Counted from the whole stretch's first letter, positions 20,712 through 32,046 are shown. The stretch is 60,656 nucleotides of DNA, filler included, from 7 parts of 7 records of this genome joined end to end with filler, not necessarily neighbours in it; one strand, 5' to 3'. The notes: generated from the sequence alone by a model not told the origin. Program-made: numbers and translations.

Positions 20712-22769
20712 CTAATGCTCAATGCGGATTCGGGCATCTACAGCCAGTATTTCCTTTGGATTGCCCAGCAAAGGATTAATATCAATCTCCTTAATTTCAG
20801 TAGCATAACGCAACAACCACGACAAACGAACAACAACCTCGGCATAACTATCTATATTAATTCCAGCTTGTTTTCGAAAGCCCTTTAAAATACGATACGA
20901 TTTCAGACTTTTTATCATCGATCTGGCCTCTACTAAACACAATGGAGCTAATCCTGAAGCTACATCCTTCATTACTTCCACATAAATGCCACCCAAGCCA
21001 CACAGTACTACATGCCCAAATTTATCTTCATAGGTTGCTCCCAAAAACAGTTCTGTTCCGGAAGCCATCTGTGCGATTAATACACCTTCAGCATCCTCGA
21101 TCTCAATCAAATGATGAAACTCCTTCCGAACCTGAGCAACGCTACGAACATCAAGGATAACACCGCCAACTTCGGTTTTATGAACCGGGCCAACTACTTT
21201 CATCACCACTGGGAAGCCAATTTCCATTGCAGCCAACACTGCTTCTGATTCCGAATTCACCACAATTTCTTTAACCCTAGGAATTCCTGCTGTATCAAAA
21301 AGTTGATGGATAATTTCAGGAGCCTGGTAACCATTTTGCGTTTTTGCAATTATCGCTCTTATTTTATCCGGATCAATACCGTAACCATCTTCATTCTGAG
21401 CAGATGCTACAGGAGTTCTTCTAACCTTAGTTAAAGCACGTCCCAACAACACTTCATCAGGGAAGTTAACATTGCCGTGCGCAAGAAAATGAGCAACATC
21501 TTCTTTTACATTAATAATCGAAGGCAGAATTGGATATATTGGTTTCTGGCATACCTTCATTTTCTCGGAAAGCAAATCATACACATCTCCTATTGGAAAT
21601 AATCCCGGACTTCCAAAAATCACAGCCATTCCATCAACATCAAAACCATTTTCACAGGCATCAATTATATGTCCTAACTGCTCAGCCGTACCGGTGGCCA
21701 AAAAATCAATAGGATTTTCAACCGAAGATCCGGGGAACAATTTTTCCAGCAAGGCTTTTTTAGCTTCCGAATCCTGAATTTCAGGAATTTTTAAACCACC
21801 GTCTTCCAATGCATCGGTAAGCATAACACCCGGGCCACCCGCATGAGTTACAATCGCAAGTTTATCACCTTGTAGCTCTTTACACATAAAAACACTGGCA
21901 ACAGTTGTTAGTTCTTCCCGCCCATAACAACGTACAATACCGGCTTTTCTGAACAGGGCTTCAACTGCAGCATCCGAGCTTGTCAATGCTCCGGTATGCG
22001 ATGACGCAGCCCTGCTACCTGCGTTTGAACTACCAGCTTTAATGGCTGCAATTTTACATCCTTTACGAATTAATGAAGTTGCATGACACAACAACTTATC
22101 GGGATTATTAATGTTTTCGATGTAAAGTAATTTTACCTGCGAACTTTCGCCTTCAATATAATTTTCATCCAGATAAGCCAGAATATCTTCTACTCCAATT
22201 TGAGCACTATTTCCAACCGAAAAAACATTGGCAAACCTTAATCCTTTTGGGATACCCGATTCCATGATAAATACGGCCGTAGCTCCTGATCCGGAAATAA
22301 AGTCGCACCCATTTGGTGTTAATTCCGGAATTGGAGTGGTAAATACACTGGCATGTGCCGGAGTCATTACACCAATACAATTAGGACCGATAAGACATGC
22401 ATCGTAACGTTCAACTACTTTAACGATTTTTCGCTCGAGCTCTTTCCCCGCATCATCCATTTCGCCAAAACCTGCCGAAATAATAATAAACGCCTTAGTA
22501 TTGTTGTTTTCAGCAAGATCAGCTATGGTTTTCAAACAATATTTAGCGGGTATTGCCAAAATTGCCAAATCAACTTCTGGCAATTCTCCACTATCGGCAA
22601 AAGAAGGAATACCCTGTATCTTCGATTCATTTGGATTAATGGCAAATAAATCACCACCATAGTTATTATCCAAAAGGTTTTTAATAATTTTCCCTCCAGG
22701 CTTGGCAATATTTTTTGAAGCTCCAACAACCACAATGCTGCGTGGATTGAGCAATTGTTGATTTATCAT
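20712..22769 (-). CDS. ADP-forming acetate/acyl-CoA ligase (fused alpha-beta)
   Basis: 'LLNPRSIVVVGAS', 'IGPNCIG', phospho-His 'SHTGAL', ATP-grasp 'HKTEVGGV', 'DINPL'. Confidence 0.9.
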   Translation of the reverse strand: MINQQLLNPRSIVVVGASKNIAKPGGKIIKNLLDNNYGGDLFAINPNESKIQGIPSFADSGELPEVDLAILAIPAKYCLKTIADLAENNNTKAFIIISAGFGEMDDAGKELERKIVKVVERYDACLIGPNCIGVMTPAHASVFTTPIPELTPNGCDFISGSGATAVFIMESGIPKGLRFANVFSVGNSAQIGVEDILAYLDENYIEGESSQVKLLYIENINNPDKLLCHATSLIRKGCKIAAIKAGSSNAGSRAASSHTGALTSSDAAVEALFRKAGIVRCYGREELTTVASVFMCKELQGDKLAIVTHAGGPGVMLTDALEDGGLKIPEIQDSEAKKALLEKLFPGSSVENPIDFLATGTAEQLGHIIDACENGFDVDGMAVIFGSPGLFPIGDVYDLLSEKMKVCQKPIYPILPSIINVKEDVAHFLAHGNVNFPDEVLLGRALTKVRRTPVASAQNEDGYGIDPDKIRAIIAKTQNGYQAPEIIHQLFDTAGIPRVKEIVVNSESEAVLAAMEIGFPVVMKVVGPVHKTEVGGVILDVRSVAQVRKEFHHLIEIEDAEGVLIAQMASGTELFLGATYEDKFGHVVLCGLGGIYVEVMKDVASGLAPLCLVEARSMIKSLKSYRILKGFRKQAGINIDSYAEVVVRLSWLLRYATEIKEIDINPLLGNPKEILAVDARIRIEH

Positions 22770-22884
22770 AGTTAATGCTTTAGCATTCGTAAATGTAGGG
22801 AAATGTATGTTAACCAATCCTGATTTTTTTCAACATCTGCCAAATCAGACAATCGATTTCTTTATTTTTGTTCAAAAACCAGAG

Positions 22885-23697
22885 ATGGAAGACAGCAAAG
22901 ATCAAAAAATTGTAGTTATTACAGAGCTAAAGCAAACCGACCACAACCTGATTCTGCATGGTCTGAAACTGGCTACTATTTTTAAGAAAGAGCTTTGTTT
23001 GTTGTACCACTACCCTGCAAAACAAAAAAAATATCACGCTCGCTTTAAAGAACAACTACAGCAGTATTCCCAAACAATAAAAATCGAATTACCCAAACAA
23101 AAAATCTCGACCTTATTGCTATCAGAGAATCCGGGCAGATTGCCCGATATTCTGGCAGAAACGTACGAGGCAATAATTTTGCTGGCAAACGCTAAAAGCT
23201 TTAAGTCGCAATCGACGGCATTAGCCGAAACACCTATTCCCTATATTTTTATACATCCCGAATCGAAAATCACTACATACAATAACCTTGTTCAGCCTAT
23301 CGATTTAAGAAAAGAAATTAGCGACAGTGCATTATGGTGTTCGTATTTTGGCCGCTTTAACAATGCAGAAATTGTTGTTATAGCTGCTAACGATAAAACC
23401 AGGGAAGCCCGGAATAATGTGAATAAGAACGCGGAACTTACACGCAGACTTTACCAAAAATTCAAAATCAACCACAAACTTTACAAAGGCACAAAATCCA
23501 GTTTGCGAAATGCGTTTGAAGCCCTCGACCTTGCTTTGGCTTCCGACTGCAACCTACTGGTGACCCTGGGCAGTTCAAACATTACTCTGCTTGACCTGCT
23601 CATTGGTTTACCTGAACGCAAAATTGTAAACAAGGCAGGAAAGCTACCGGTGATGATCATCAATCCTAAAAAGGACAACTACATTCTTTGCGACTAA
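22885..23697 (+). CDS. Universal-stress-protein-like tandem domain protein
   Basis: Two USP-like alpha/beta repeats ending 'LPVMIINP'; TATTTTTG promoter element upstream. Confidence 0.6.
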   Translation: MEDSKDQKIVVITELKQTDHNLILHGLKLATIFKKELCLLYHYPAKQKKYHARFKEQLQQYSQTIKIELPKQKISTLLLSENPGRLPDILAETYEAIILLANAKSFKSQSTALAETPIPYIFIHPESKITTYNNLVQPIDLRKEISDSALWCSYFGRFNNAEIVVIAANDKTREARNNVNKNAELTRRLYQKFKINHKLYKGTKSSLRNAFEALDLALASDCNLLVTLGSSNITLLDLLIGLPERKIVNKAGKLPVMIINPKKDNYILCD

Positions 23698-23817
23698 TAC
23701 CTGCTACCATTGAAAAACCAATATTGCACTTCACTGTCTTCATCTTTTGAACTTTAAACTCCAATCGTTGAACACTAAACGAATAAGTATTACTTTCGCA
23801 GCTACAATAAATAAACG

Positions 23818-24795
23818 ATGAAAAAAACACTATTTATATTTCTTGTTTTAAGTTCTTTTTGGGGAAAAGCTCAAGATTTTGAATACCAGGTTCTATTTGA
23901 AGGAATTGGCGACAACAGGGAGTTCTCAAGACCTTATGCCATTCCTCAAACCATCATGGGAACACGTGGTGCGATTGAAGTAGGCGTGAACATTGATGAT
24001 CACAAATTACGTGGAGGCTTAAGTTATTTATTTGAGTTTGGTAGCGATATTGACGCGCAAAAGCCCAAACTAACACTGTATTATCAATTCAGTGACACCC
24101 AAAAAGAATTTATGTTCGGTGCATTTCCGAGGAGAGATAAAATTAATTTCCCTTTAGCGATGCTAACCGACACCTTATTGTATTATCGGCCTAATATTGA
24201 AGGCCTTTTTGGAGAAGTAAATTGGGATTGGGGTTTTCAAAGTGGTTTTGTAGACTGGGTAGGACGACAAACCAAAGAACAACGCGAACAGTTTATGGCC
24301 GGTTTTTCAGGTGAAATATTTCATAAAAACCTGTTTCTTCAAAATTATTTGTTAATGTTTCACGATGCACACACGAAACTGAACATCCCTGATGACCATA
24401 TAAAAGACTACATTGGCTGGGCATTCCAGGCCGGAATCCGCACAAAAAAAGATGCAGCTTTACATGGAGATTTCAAGGCTGGAATTCTAACCTCTCTTTT
24501 TCGCGAACGAAGTGTAACCGATGGCTATATTACTGCCAATAGTTTATTTGCTGAACTGAATGGCCGGTATAAAAACTTTGGATTAAAATCGGTATTGAGT
24601 TCGGGTGAGGGGCATCATTTTAAATTTGGTGATGGATTTTACCAGGCAGAAGATTACTGGCGCACCGATTTTATATGGTACTTTATCAATCATAAAAATA
24701 TAAAAGGGAAGTTTAATCTATCCATTCATATTGTAAACTGGGATTACCTGGATCAGCAGCAACAACTTTCAATTGTTTATGTTTTTGGGAAATAA
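23818..24795 (+). CDS. Hypothetical exported protein, probable outer-membrane beta-barrel
   Basis: Signal peptide, alternating aromatic beta-strands, terminal 'LSIVYVF'. Confidence 0.55.
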   Translation: MKKTLFIFLVLSSFWGKAQDFEYQVLFEGIGDNREFSRPYAIPQTIMGTRGAIEVGVNIDDHKLRGGLSYLFEFGSDIDAQKPKLTLYYQFSDTQKEFMFGAFPRRDKINFPLAMLTDTLLYYRPNIEGLFGEVNWDWGFQSGFVDWVGRQTKEQREQFMAGFSGEIFHKNLFLQNYLLMFHDAHTKLNIPDDHIKDYIGWAFQAGIRTKKDAALHGDFKAGILTSLFRERSVTDGYITANSLFAELNGRYKNFGLKSVLSSGEGHHFKFGDGFYQAEDYWRTDFIWYFINHKNIKGKFNLSIHIVNWDYLDQQQQLSIVYVFGK

Positions 24796-24865
24796 AAAAG
24801 TAATCAATAGCAGTCGCAGTTAACAAAAATCAGTCAACTATTACAACTATTACTGCTATTGCATG

Positions 24866-25582
24866 CTAATATCGAATCTCCATTTCATCCAGCAAATATC
24901 CCGCACCAGCAAACTTATCGATGATAAAAAGTGCATAACGAATATCCAATGAGATATTACGGCAACGATCAGGATCGAACATAATGTCGCTCATTGTTCC
25001 TTCCCAGCATCTATCGAAGTTTACACCTATAAGCTCACCATTTCCGTTAACTACCGGACTACCCGAATTACCACCTGTTGTATGGTTCGATGCAGTAAAA
25101 CAAACCGGCACATCACCATTAACCGCATATTTACCAAAGTTTTTATCCATGTACAGTTCTTTCAAACGGTCAGGTACATCGTAGTCGTAGATTTGAGGAT
25201 TATCTTTTTCCATTATACCACTTAGCGTTGTACAGTGTTTATAAGAGATCCCATCTTTCGGATCGTAGCCTTCCACTTTACCATAAGAAACACGAAGGGT
25301 TAAGTTGGCATCCGGGTATATGGCCTCTCCCCTTTTCATTTCCATCACACCAGCCATGTATTTTTTCATGTTCTCGTTAATTTCACCCGAAATCTTTACA
25401 ACCTTAGGAAGAATATGTGTTTCGTTTTTAAAATTAAGCTGGTTAAACAAACCAATCAAAGGATCTTTTCGCAATTTTAAGATTTGTTTATTGCTACCAT
25501 TTGCCAATAGCTCCTCCAGTTTTTCCCGGTCTACAATTATTGATTTTCGATACACCTTATGAAGTAATTCATCGGAATCAAA
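24866..25582 (-). CDS. S46 dipeptidyl peptidase, DPP11 (Asp/Glu-specific) type, 5' truncated
   Basis: Catalytic 'HTTGGNSGSPV'; 'FDRCWEG' has Arg at the S1 position (DPP7 has Gly). Confidence 0.88.
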   Translation of the reverse strand, partial: FDSDELLHKVYRKSIIVDREKLEELLANGSNKQILKLRKDPLIGLFNQLNFKNETHILPKVVKISGEINENMKKYMAGVMEMKRGEAIYPDANLTLRVSYGKVEGYDPKDGISYKHCTTLSGIMEKDNPQIYDYDVPDRLKELYMDKNFGKYAVNGDVPVCFTASNHTTGGNSGSPVVNGNGELIGVNFDRCWEGTMSDIMFDPDRCRNISLDIRYALFIIDKFAGAGYLLDEMEIRY

Positions 25583-25682
25583 NNNNNNNNNNNNNNNNNN
25601 NNNNNNNNNNNNNNNNNNNNNNNNNNTTAATTAATTAANNNNNNNNNNNNNNNNNNNNNNNNNNNNNNNNNNNNNNNNNNNN
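25583..25682. other. Artificial contig spacer
   Basis: N44-TTAATTAATTAA-N44. Confidence 0.98.
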
Positions 25683-28600
25683 CGAACTTATTGATGTTAC
25701 CCGAAAAATAAACGTTGAAACAGAAAACGATAATATAGAAAATATCTTATCCCAATTATTCGACAAAAATGAAGTAAGTGTTTTAATTAAAGATAAATAT
25801 ATTGTATTAACACCACTAACGAATGATACCGGCCAACCCAGAAAATCTGTTTCAGGCACTATTGTTGATCCCGAAGGATTACCTCTTCCGGGAGTTACCG
25901 TAGTTATAAAAGGTACAACTTCGGGAACAATAACGAATGTCGATGGAAGTTTTTCTCTTTCAAATATCCCTGAAGATGCTGTTCTTCAATTTTCTTTTGT
26001 TGGCATGAAACCACAGGAAATAGTTGTTGGTTCAAATGAAACTTTGGAAATAAAAATGGAAGAATTAACCATTGGTGTTGACGAAGTAGTTGTAACGGCA
26101 CTGGGAATAAAACGAGCACAAAAAGCATTGGGTTATTCCATTCAGAATGTTGTTGGCGACGAATTAAATACGGTAAAAGGAATTGATATTGGTACATCGT
26201 TAACAGGTAAAATTGCTGGTCTTCTTGTAAAAAACAGTACAGAATTTGCCCGTGAACCCGAGATTGAAATCAGGGGTGAAAATCCGCTATTGGTAATCGA
26301 TGGTGTTCCATACGGAAATATGACACTCCGCGACCTTCCATCAGACGACATTGAAAATATTAGTGTTCTAAAGGGGGCTACAGCATCTGCATTATACGGC
26401 TTCCGGGGCGAAAGCGGTGCAATTATGGTTACCACAAAAAAAGGAAGTGCTAATAAAGGTCTAACGGTAACCGTAAACAGTAACACCATGTTTACTGCGG
26501 GTTATGTAGCCATTCCCGAAATGCAGTCGACCTATGGAAGATTAGTTTCTTCTTCAACAAACCAATATAACAATAAAGGACAAGGTTCGTGGGGGCCACC
26601 AATGGAAGGACAGGAAGTTATACAATGGGATCCTATCTCAAAATCATATCAACCAATGCCCTATTTACCTATCGGAAAAAATAATTTTGAAAACTTCCTG
26701 GAACAGGGATATATTGTAAACAACAATATAAGTGTGGCTCAGCAGGGAGAATATGGAAGTATTCGTTCTTCTTTAACCTGGGTAAGAAATAAAGGACAAT
26801 ATCCCAATTCAAAATTCGACAAAATTACATATACACTTGGTGGAGATATGAAGATGAATAATTTTACCCTTTCCTCATCAATATCATACAACAAACAAAA
26901 TTCACCAAATATTGGATTTAGTTCTTATACAGGTTACGATCCAATGTACAACATATTGATTTGGTCGTCGCCCGATTTTGATATCAGACAATATAAGGAT
27001 TACTGGCTGGTTCCAAATGAATCACAAAACAGTAGTTATACATCGACAAATAACAATCCCTATTTTGATAGGCACGAAAGACTTCACTCGCTTAGCCGTG
27101 ATATTTTTAATGGAACCCTTTCAGCCAGCTACGATTTTACACCCTGGCTAAAAGCTACTTTCCGTTCCGGGTTCGACACATACAGCGATCATCAGGAAGT
27201 AAGAATATCAATGGGATCGTTCCAGGGCGGCGGAAGTTCAACAGTAATCAAAAATGGTCGCCAGGTTTGGGGAGAATCAAGAAATGGTTCTTTTAATTAT
27301 GGACTTGGAAGAGGCTTTAGTATAAATAACGATTTACTCTTATCAGGGAATAAAAAACTGGGCGAAATTACAATCGACGGGCTGGCTGGTGGCACCCTGT
27401 TTTATACGCAGGATGAAGGAATTGAAGCCAGAACACAGGGTGGTATTTCAATTCCCGGGTTCTATTCCTTAAAAGCATCGGTAAACCAAATTTGGGTAGA
27501 CTCAAGAATTAATAAACGCCAGGTTAACAGTTTATTCGGAAGGTTATCATTATCGTGGAAAGATATTCTTTTTGCTGAAGGAACTGTTCGTAACGACTGG
27601 AGCTCGACATTGCCCGAGTCAACCCGTTCTTATCTTTATCCATCGATAGCAGGAAGTTTTATAATTTCTGAACTGCTACCTGAAAACAATTGGCTTTCGC
27701 TTTGGAAATTAAGAAGTTCGTGGACAACATCAAAAACTCCGGCCGCAGTTTATGCCATTAACTCTGTTTATTCTGTAACAACAAATGCATGGGCCGATTT
27801 ATCTTCTGCATCTTACCCAACAGCAATCCGCGGAACAGATGTTTTACCACAATCATCGGAAACCTTCGAGATTGGTACTATGGTTAATTTATATAAAAAC
27901 AGAGCATCAATCGATATTGCCTATTACAACAAAAGAATGTTCGATTTCTTAGAATCTGCTTCAATTAGTTCTGCATCAGGTTATAATTCAAACTATGTAA
28001 ATACCGATGAAGAAATTACCCGAAAAGGAATTGAAATTACGGCTAATGTAACACCAATAAAAACAAACAATCTTCGTTGGGATATTTCTTTAAACTGGTC
28101 GAAATATGCACGTTTTTATACGCAAATCGATTCGGTATATTCCGACGACAGACCCTGGGTTAAAGTGGGAGAACGCGCCGATCATTATATGATTAAGGAT
28201 TTCCTTAAAGACCCCGATGGCAACTACATCCATACTGCCGGACTTCCGGTCTATTCTCCCTACTATTCACTGGCTGGATACCGCGATCCGAATTGGATTT
28301 GGGGAATCAGTACTTCATTAAATTATAAAAACTTTACTTTAAGCATTTCTGCCGATGGAAGAGTTGGTGGTTTGGCTCAGTCTTATACTGAAATGTACAT
28401 GTGGAATTCGGGAAACCATCCTAATTCAGAAACAGAAGAACGATACCTTGACGCAACGAATACGGGCACAAAAAATTATCTCTCTGAAGGTGTTGTGGTT
28501 GCTGATGGCTCAGTTACCTACGATACGTATGGAAATATTACCAGCGATACCCGTGAATATGCACCTAACGAAACTATGGTAACGTATCAAAGTTATATTA

Positions 28601-28878
28601 AAAGAATCCATAAAGGAACTGCCTGGGGAGGTGTGCCATCTCCATACGATTTATATTCAACAACTTTTTTTAAAGTCAGAGAAATATCCCTCACTTATGA
28701 ACTTCCAGAGAGTATTTATTCAAAAATAAAAGCAAAAGGAGGTTCAATTTCAGCAGTTGGGCAAAATATGTTCTTCTGGGCAAAAGATTTTAAATATTCT
28801 GATCCGGATGGTGGCTCAGAAAACTTTGCTGATCCATCGCAGCGGTTTATTGGTTTTAACCTAAAAATAAATTTCTAG
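25683..28878 (+). CDS. SusC/RagA TonB-dependent transporter with partial STN and CarboxypepD_reg N-domains (5' truncated)
   Basis: Frame open from the contig start; 'LPGVTVVIKGT', 'DEVVVTALGI', 'VLKGATASALYG', terminal 'FNLKINF'. Confidence 0.93.
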
Positions 28879-28897
28879 AACTTTTAAAATCAGAAAA

Positions 28898-30421
28898 ATG
28901 AAAAACATAATAAAATATACAGCAATATTACTCATCGTTACACAATTTTTTGGTTGCAAGAAATTCGAAGAAATTAATACCGATCCTGACAAAACAACTT
29001 CTGTTAGTGCTTCAATGCTTGGAACTCATGTAATTCTTGGAGTGGCAAAATTCGATGGAAGAGATGCCAAAGTAATGATTTCTGGAAATGCACTGGTTAA
29101 ATACGTGGGCTATGCAAACGAAGGCCAAATGGCTACACAATATAATAAAATTGGTGCCAGCGGATTTGGTGAGATGACATTATTACCAAATATTGAGCAA
29201 ATGGTGGAATATGCTAAAGGTAATGTTGCAGAAAATTCATACAAAGGACTGGCAAAATTTGCCAGGGCGTTTACCTTTTACAATGCAACAATGCAAATGG
29301 GAGATGTGCCATACAGCGAAGCCAACAAAGGAGCAGAAGGTATTTATAAACCACAGTACGATGCTCAGGAAGTAATATTAAAAGGTATCTTAGATGAACT
29401 AAAGGAAGCCGATCAGTTTTTTGCTGAAGGACGTACTTTCGATGGCGACCCAACACCATTTAACGGAGATCCTGTAAAATGGAGAAAAGCCACCAATGCA
29501 TTTGCCCTTAAAGTATTAATGAGCTTAAGTAATAAAGAAGGAAACTCTTCATTAGACATAAAATCACGTTTTACTGAAATTGTAGCTGCAGGAAATTTAA
29601 TGGATAATACATCGGATTTCCTAGGTTTGGAATATTCTTCTGAAAACAGACATCCTTTGTACAGCACAAACGATTTGTTTACCAGCAAAACCATTCTGAG
29701 CTCACTTTTAATAAATCATCTGAAAAATTTAAACGACCGCAGAATGTTTTATTTTGCTGAACCGGCTGGAGCCGAAATTGCTGCCGGTAAAACTGAAGAC
29801 GATGCAGAAGCCTACGTTGGTGTTGATGTAGCTATGGATTATACAACCATGAACGCCGACCATAATGCCGATAAATATTCATTGATAAACCTGCGCTACC
29901 TGGTTGAAGAAGCCAATGAGCCACGTATGTTAATGACTTATGGAGAGCAACAGCTAATTCTTGCCGAAGCAAAAATTCTAGGATGGATTTCTTCTGGCGA
30001 TGCAAAAACATTTTACGAACAGGGAGTAAAATCAGCATTGGAATCAATTATGAACACCAAACCTGATTATGCCCATGGAATGGCAATTAGCCAGGATTAC
30101 ATTGACAATTATTTTACAGGCGAAGCAGCTTTTAAAACTTCTTCAAATGATCAATTGAAACAAATTTGGTTACAAAGGTATATCCTTAATTTCTTTCAGG
30201 ATGCCAGATCCAGTTTCTTTGAATACAGAAGAACAAATTATCCCGAGTTTCCTATAAATCCGGAAACCAGCCTGAATGAAAATAATAAGAACGGAATTCC
30301 AATGCGGTGGTTATATCCCGAGTCGGAAACAAAATACAACCGGGAAAACCTGATAGAAGCATTAAATCGCCAATACGATGGATACGACGAAATAAATAAA
30401 CTAATGTGGGTACTTAAATAG
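28898..30421 (+). CDS. SusD/RagB lipoprotein
   Basis: Lipobox 'FFGC', 'FEEINTDP', 'GDVPYSEA', 'RRTNYP', 'PMRWLYP'. Confidence 0.92.
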   Translation: MKNIIKYTAILLIVTQFFGCKKFEEINTDPDKTTSVSASMLGTHVILGVAKFDGRDAKVMISGNALVKYVGYANEGQMATQYNKIGASGFGEMTLLPNIEQMVEYAKGNVAENSYKGLAKFARAFTFYNATMQMGDVPYSEANKGAEGIYKPQYDAQEVILKGILDELKEADQFFAEGRTFDGDPTPFNGDPVKWRKATNAFALKVLMSLSNKEGNSSLDIKSRFTEIVAAGNLMDNTSDFLGLEYSSENRHPLYSTNDLFTSKTILSSLLINHLKNLNDRRMFYFAEPAGAEIAAGKTEDDAEAYVGVDVAMDYTTMNADHNADKYSLINLRYLVEEANEPRMLMTYGEQQLILAEAKILGWISSGDAKTFYEQGVKSALESIMNTKPDYAHGMAISQDYIDNYFTGEAAFKTSSNDQLKQIWLQRYILNFFQDARSSFFEYRRTNYPEFPINPETSLNENNKNGIPMRWLYPESETKYNRENLIEALNRQYDGYDEINKLMWVLK

Positions 30422-30450
30422 ATACCCAATTGGTTTATTCCGATACCTGG

Positions 30451-30498
30451 GTACATGACATAAATTAACAACAATAATTAAAGATTTCTGTCATGTAC
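30451..30498. promoter_or_regulatory. Inverted repeat downstream of susD
   Basis: GTACATGACA...TGTCATGTAC, 10-bp perfect arms. Confidence 0.4.
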
Positions 30499-30620
30499 TT
30501 GTTTCTCTAATACTATTACGCTGTAAAACAATACAGCAAGTCTTTAAATTCATTAGAATTTAATCTCGCTAAGCGGGAATTTTCAAACAAATTATTAAAC
30601 AAACTTTTAATTGTTCCATT

Positions 30621-30791
30621 ATGAAAAAAAATCTACTTTTTCTGGTTTTTGTTTTATTTATGATGAATTCATTCGAAGGAATAGGTCAGCAACATGCATT
30701 GGATTTTGCTCGAAACAGCTGTGTAGACATACCTGAAATTACAGAATTAACCGGTACTGCTGCACGTTCTGTTGAAGCTTGGATTATGGTT
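30621..30791 (+). CDS. Secreted LamG/concanavalin-like domain protein, N-terminal fragment
   Basis: Signal peptide, then 'HALDF...RSVEAWI' LamG-like start. Confidence 0.65.
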
Positions 30792-30891
30792 NNNNNNNNN
30801 NNNNNNNNNNNNNNNNNNNNNNNNNNNNNNNNNNNTTAATTAATTAANNNNNNNNNNNNNNNNNNNNNNNNNNNNNNNNNNNNNNNNNNNN
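30792..30891. other. Artificial contig spacer
   Basis: N44-TTAATTAATTAA-N44. Confidence 0.98.
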
Positions 30892-31160
30892 TCCTTCTCC
30901 TTATCTACTTCCTTTTGCATCCGAAACATAAGGTTTCGTAAATGATGTATTAAGACTCGATAGAAAAAGTTATTCCAATCTTCATCGAGTCTTGCTGTAT
31001 CTACAGCCTTAACCACAGCGAAATAGGCCTCTTGTAGAAACTCTTCCTTATCTATACCGCGATGCAGTCGATTTGCAAATATTCTGATCTGCATTTCGTA
31101 ACGCTTATGCAGTTCAGCATAGTTTTTTTCGGCCACTAGTGTTTGATCGTCTTTATCCAA
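30892..31160 (-). CDS. Phage-encoded sigma-70 family factor (region 2), 3' truncated
   Basis: 'YAELHKRYE...IDKEEFLQEAYFAVVKAV...NFFYRVLIHHLRNLM' resembles sigma region 2; TTG start with AAGGGGG RBS. Confidence 0.7.
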
Positions 31161-31423
31161 CAGACACCCCCTTCTAACTACTCATATACGCTAATGCGCT
31201 CCCCTTTGCCTATATCGCTCCTCTAGCGAGCATAGACTACCTATGAAATTTCCCCTCCCGGGAGGTGAAACTTTCACCCGTATTATCAGTAATGTCAAGT
31301 ACATTTTTGACAACTCTAGCATCTTTTTTTTAAACAAGTGTTCTCATACCTTTGTATGACACCGGTCCTGAAAAAACGTTACAGAACTTATGCACAAGTG
31401 TATGATAAATGTATGACACGGCC

Positions 31424-31783
31424 CTATTTCCTTAGGACATGAAAATATATTTCCTTAGGTGGTGTTTCGTAGTAGTGAAGGATGCAACCGCACAGCCAGC
31501 CGACCTCTTCTCCCATTGTATACCAAGCACCCTTCCCCTCATTCCTGAGGTGCACAAGGTGTCCAGCACTAGGAAAAAAGGAGTCTGAGAACTGAAGAGT
31601 ATATTCTCCTGTATAGGTCTGTCCTTTAGTTCCACTGATTTGATTTAAGTAGGTCTGAAGCATCTGGGGGACCCCAGATACGAGAGGCTCATCTACCATA
31701 TCCACTTTATGGTCAGTCACCATGGCAAGAGTGGCTGAAATAATCGACAATTCAATATTGAGTATGGAATTTCCTGATTTCAT
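31424..31783 (-). CDS. DUF6717-like protein
   Basis: 'DEPLVSG', 'LQFS...FP', 'GAWY...GWLC...YYETPPKEIY' pattern; AGGAG RBS places the start at 31783. Confidence 0.65.
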   Translation of the reverse strand: MKSGNSILNIELSIISATLAMVTDHKVDMVDEPLVSGVPQMLQTYLNQISGTKGQTYTGEYTLQFSDSFFPSAGHLVHLRNEGKGAWYTMGEEVGWLCGCILHYYETPPKEIYFHVLRK

Positions 31784-31810
31784 ATTGTCTCCTATATTAC
31801 TCATACACTG

Positions 31811-31841
31811 AAAAAAAAGAGCCCTCATCGGGGCTCTTTTT
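31811..31841 (-). terminator. Intrinsic (bidirectional-capable) terminator
   Basis: AAAAGAGCCC-tcatcg-GGGCTCTTTT, with T8 on the minus strand. Confidence 0.8.
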
Positions 31842-31895
31842 CAGGCCTTTTCACATTGTAAGACCTGCGGATAAATAAGTAAAGAAGACAGAAAA

Positions 31896-32045
31896 TTACT
31901 TCAAGATGCGATATTCTTGACCGGCGCGGATCGACTCCAGTGTACCGGGGATACGAAATGACTTTTCAGCCACGATAGCAGAATATTCCTTCTCCTTCTT
32001 TTCCTGTTTCACCTGTTCATTTAAAATACTGAATATATGTCTCAT
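31896..32045 (-). CDS. Small hypothetical phage protein, 49 aa (absent from the ORF track)
   Basis: MRHIFSILNEQVKQEKKEKEYSAIVAEKSFRIPGTLESIRAGQEYRILK; ATG lies 1 nt after the upstream stop. Confidence 0.6.
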   Translation of the reverse strand: MRHIFSILNEQVKQEKKEKEYSAIVAEKSFRIPGTLESIRAGQEYRILK

Positions 32046-32046
32046 G

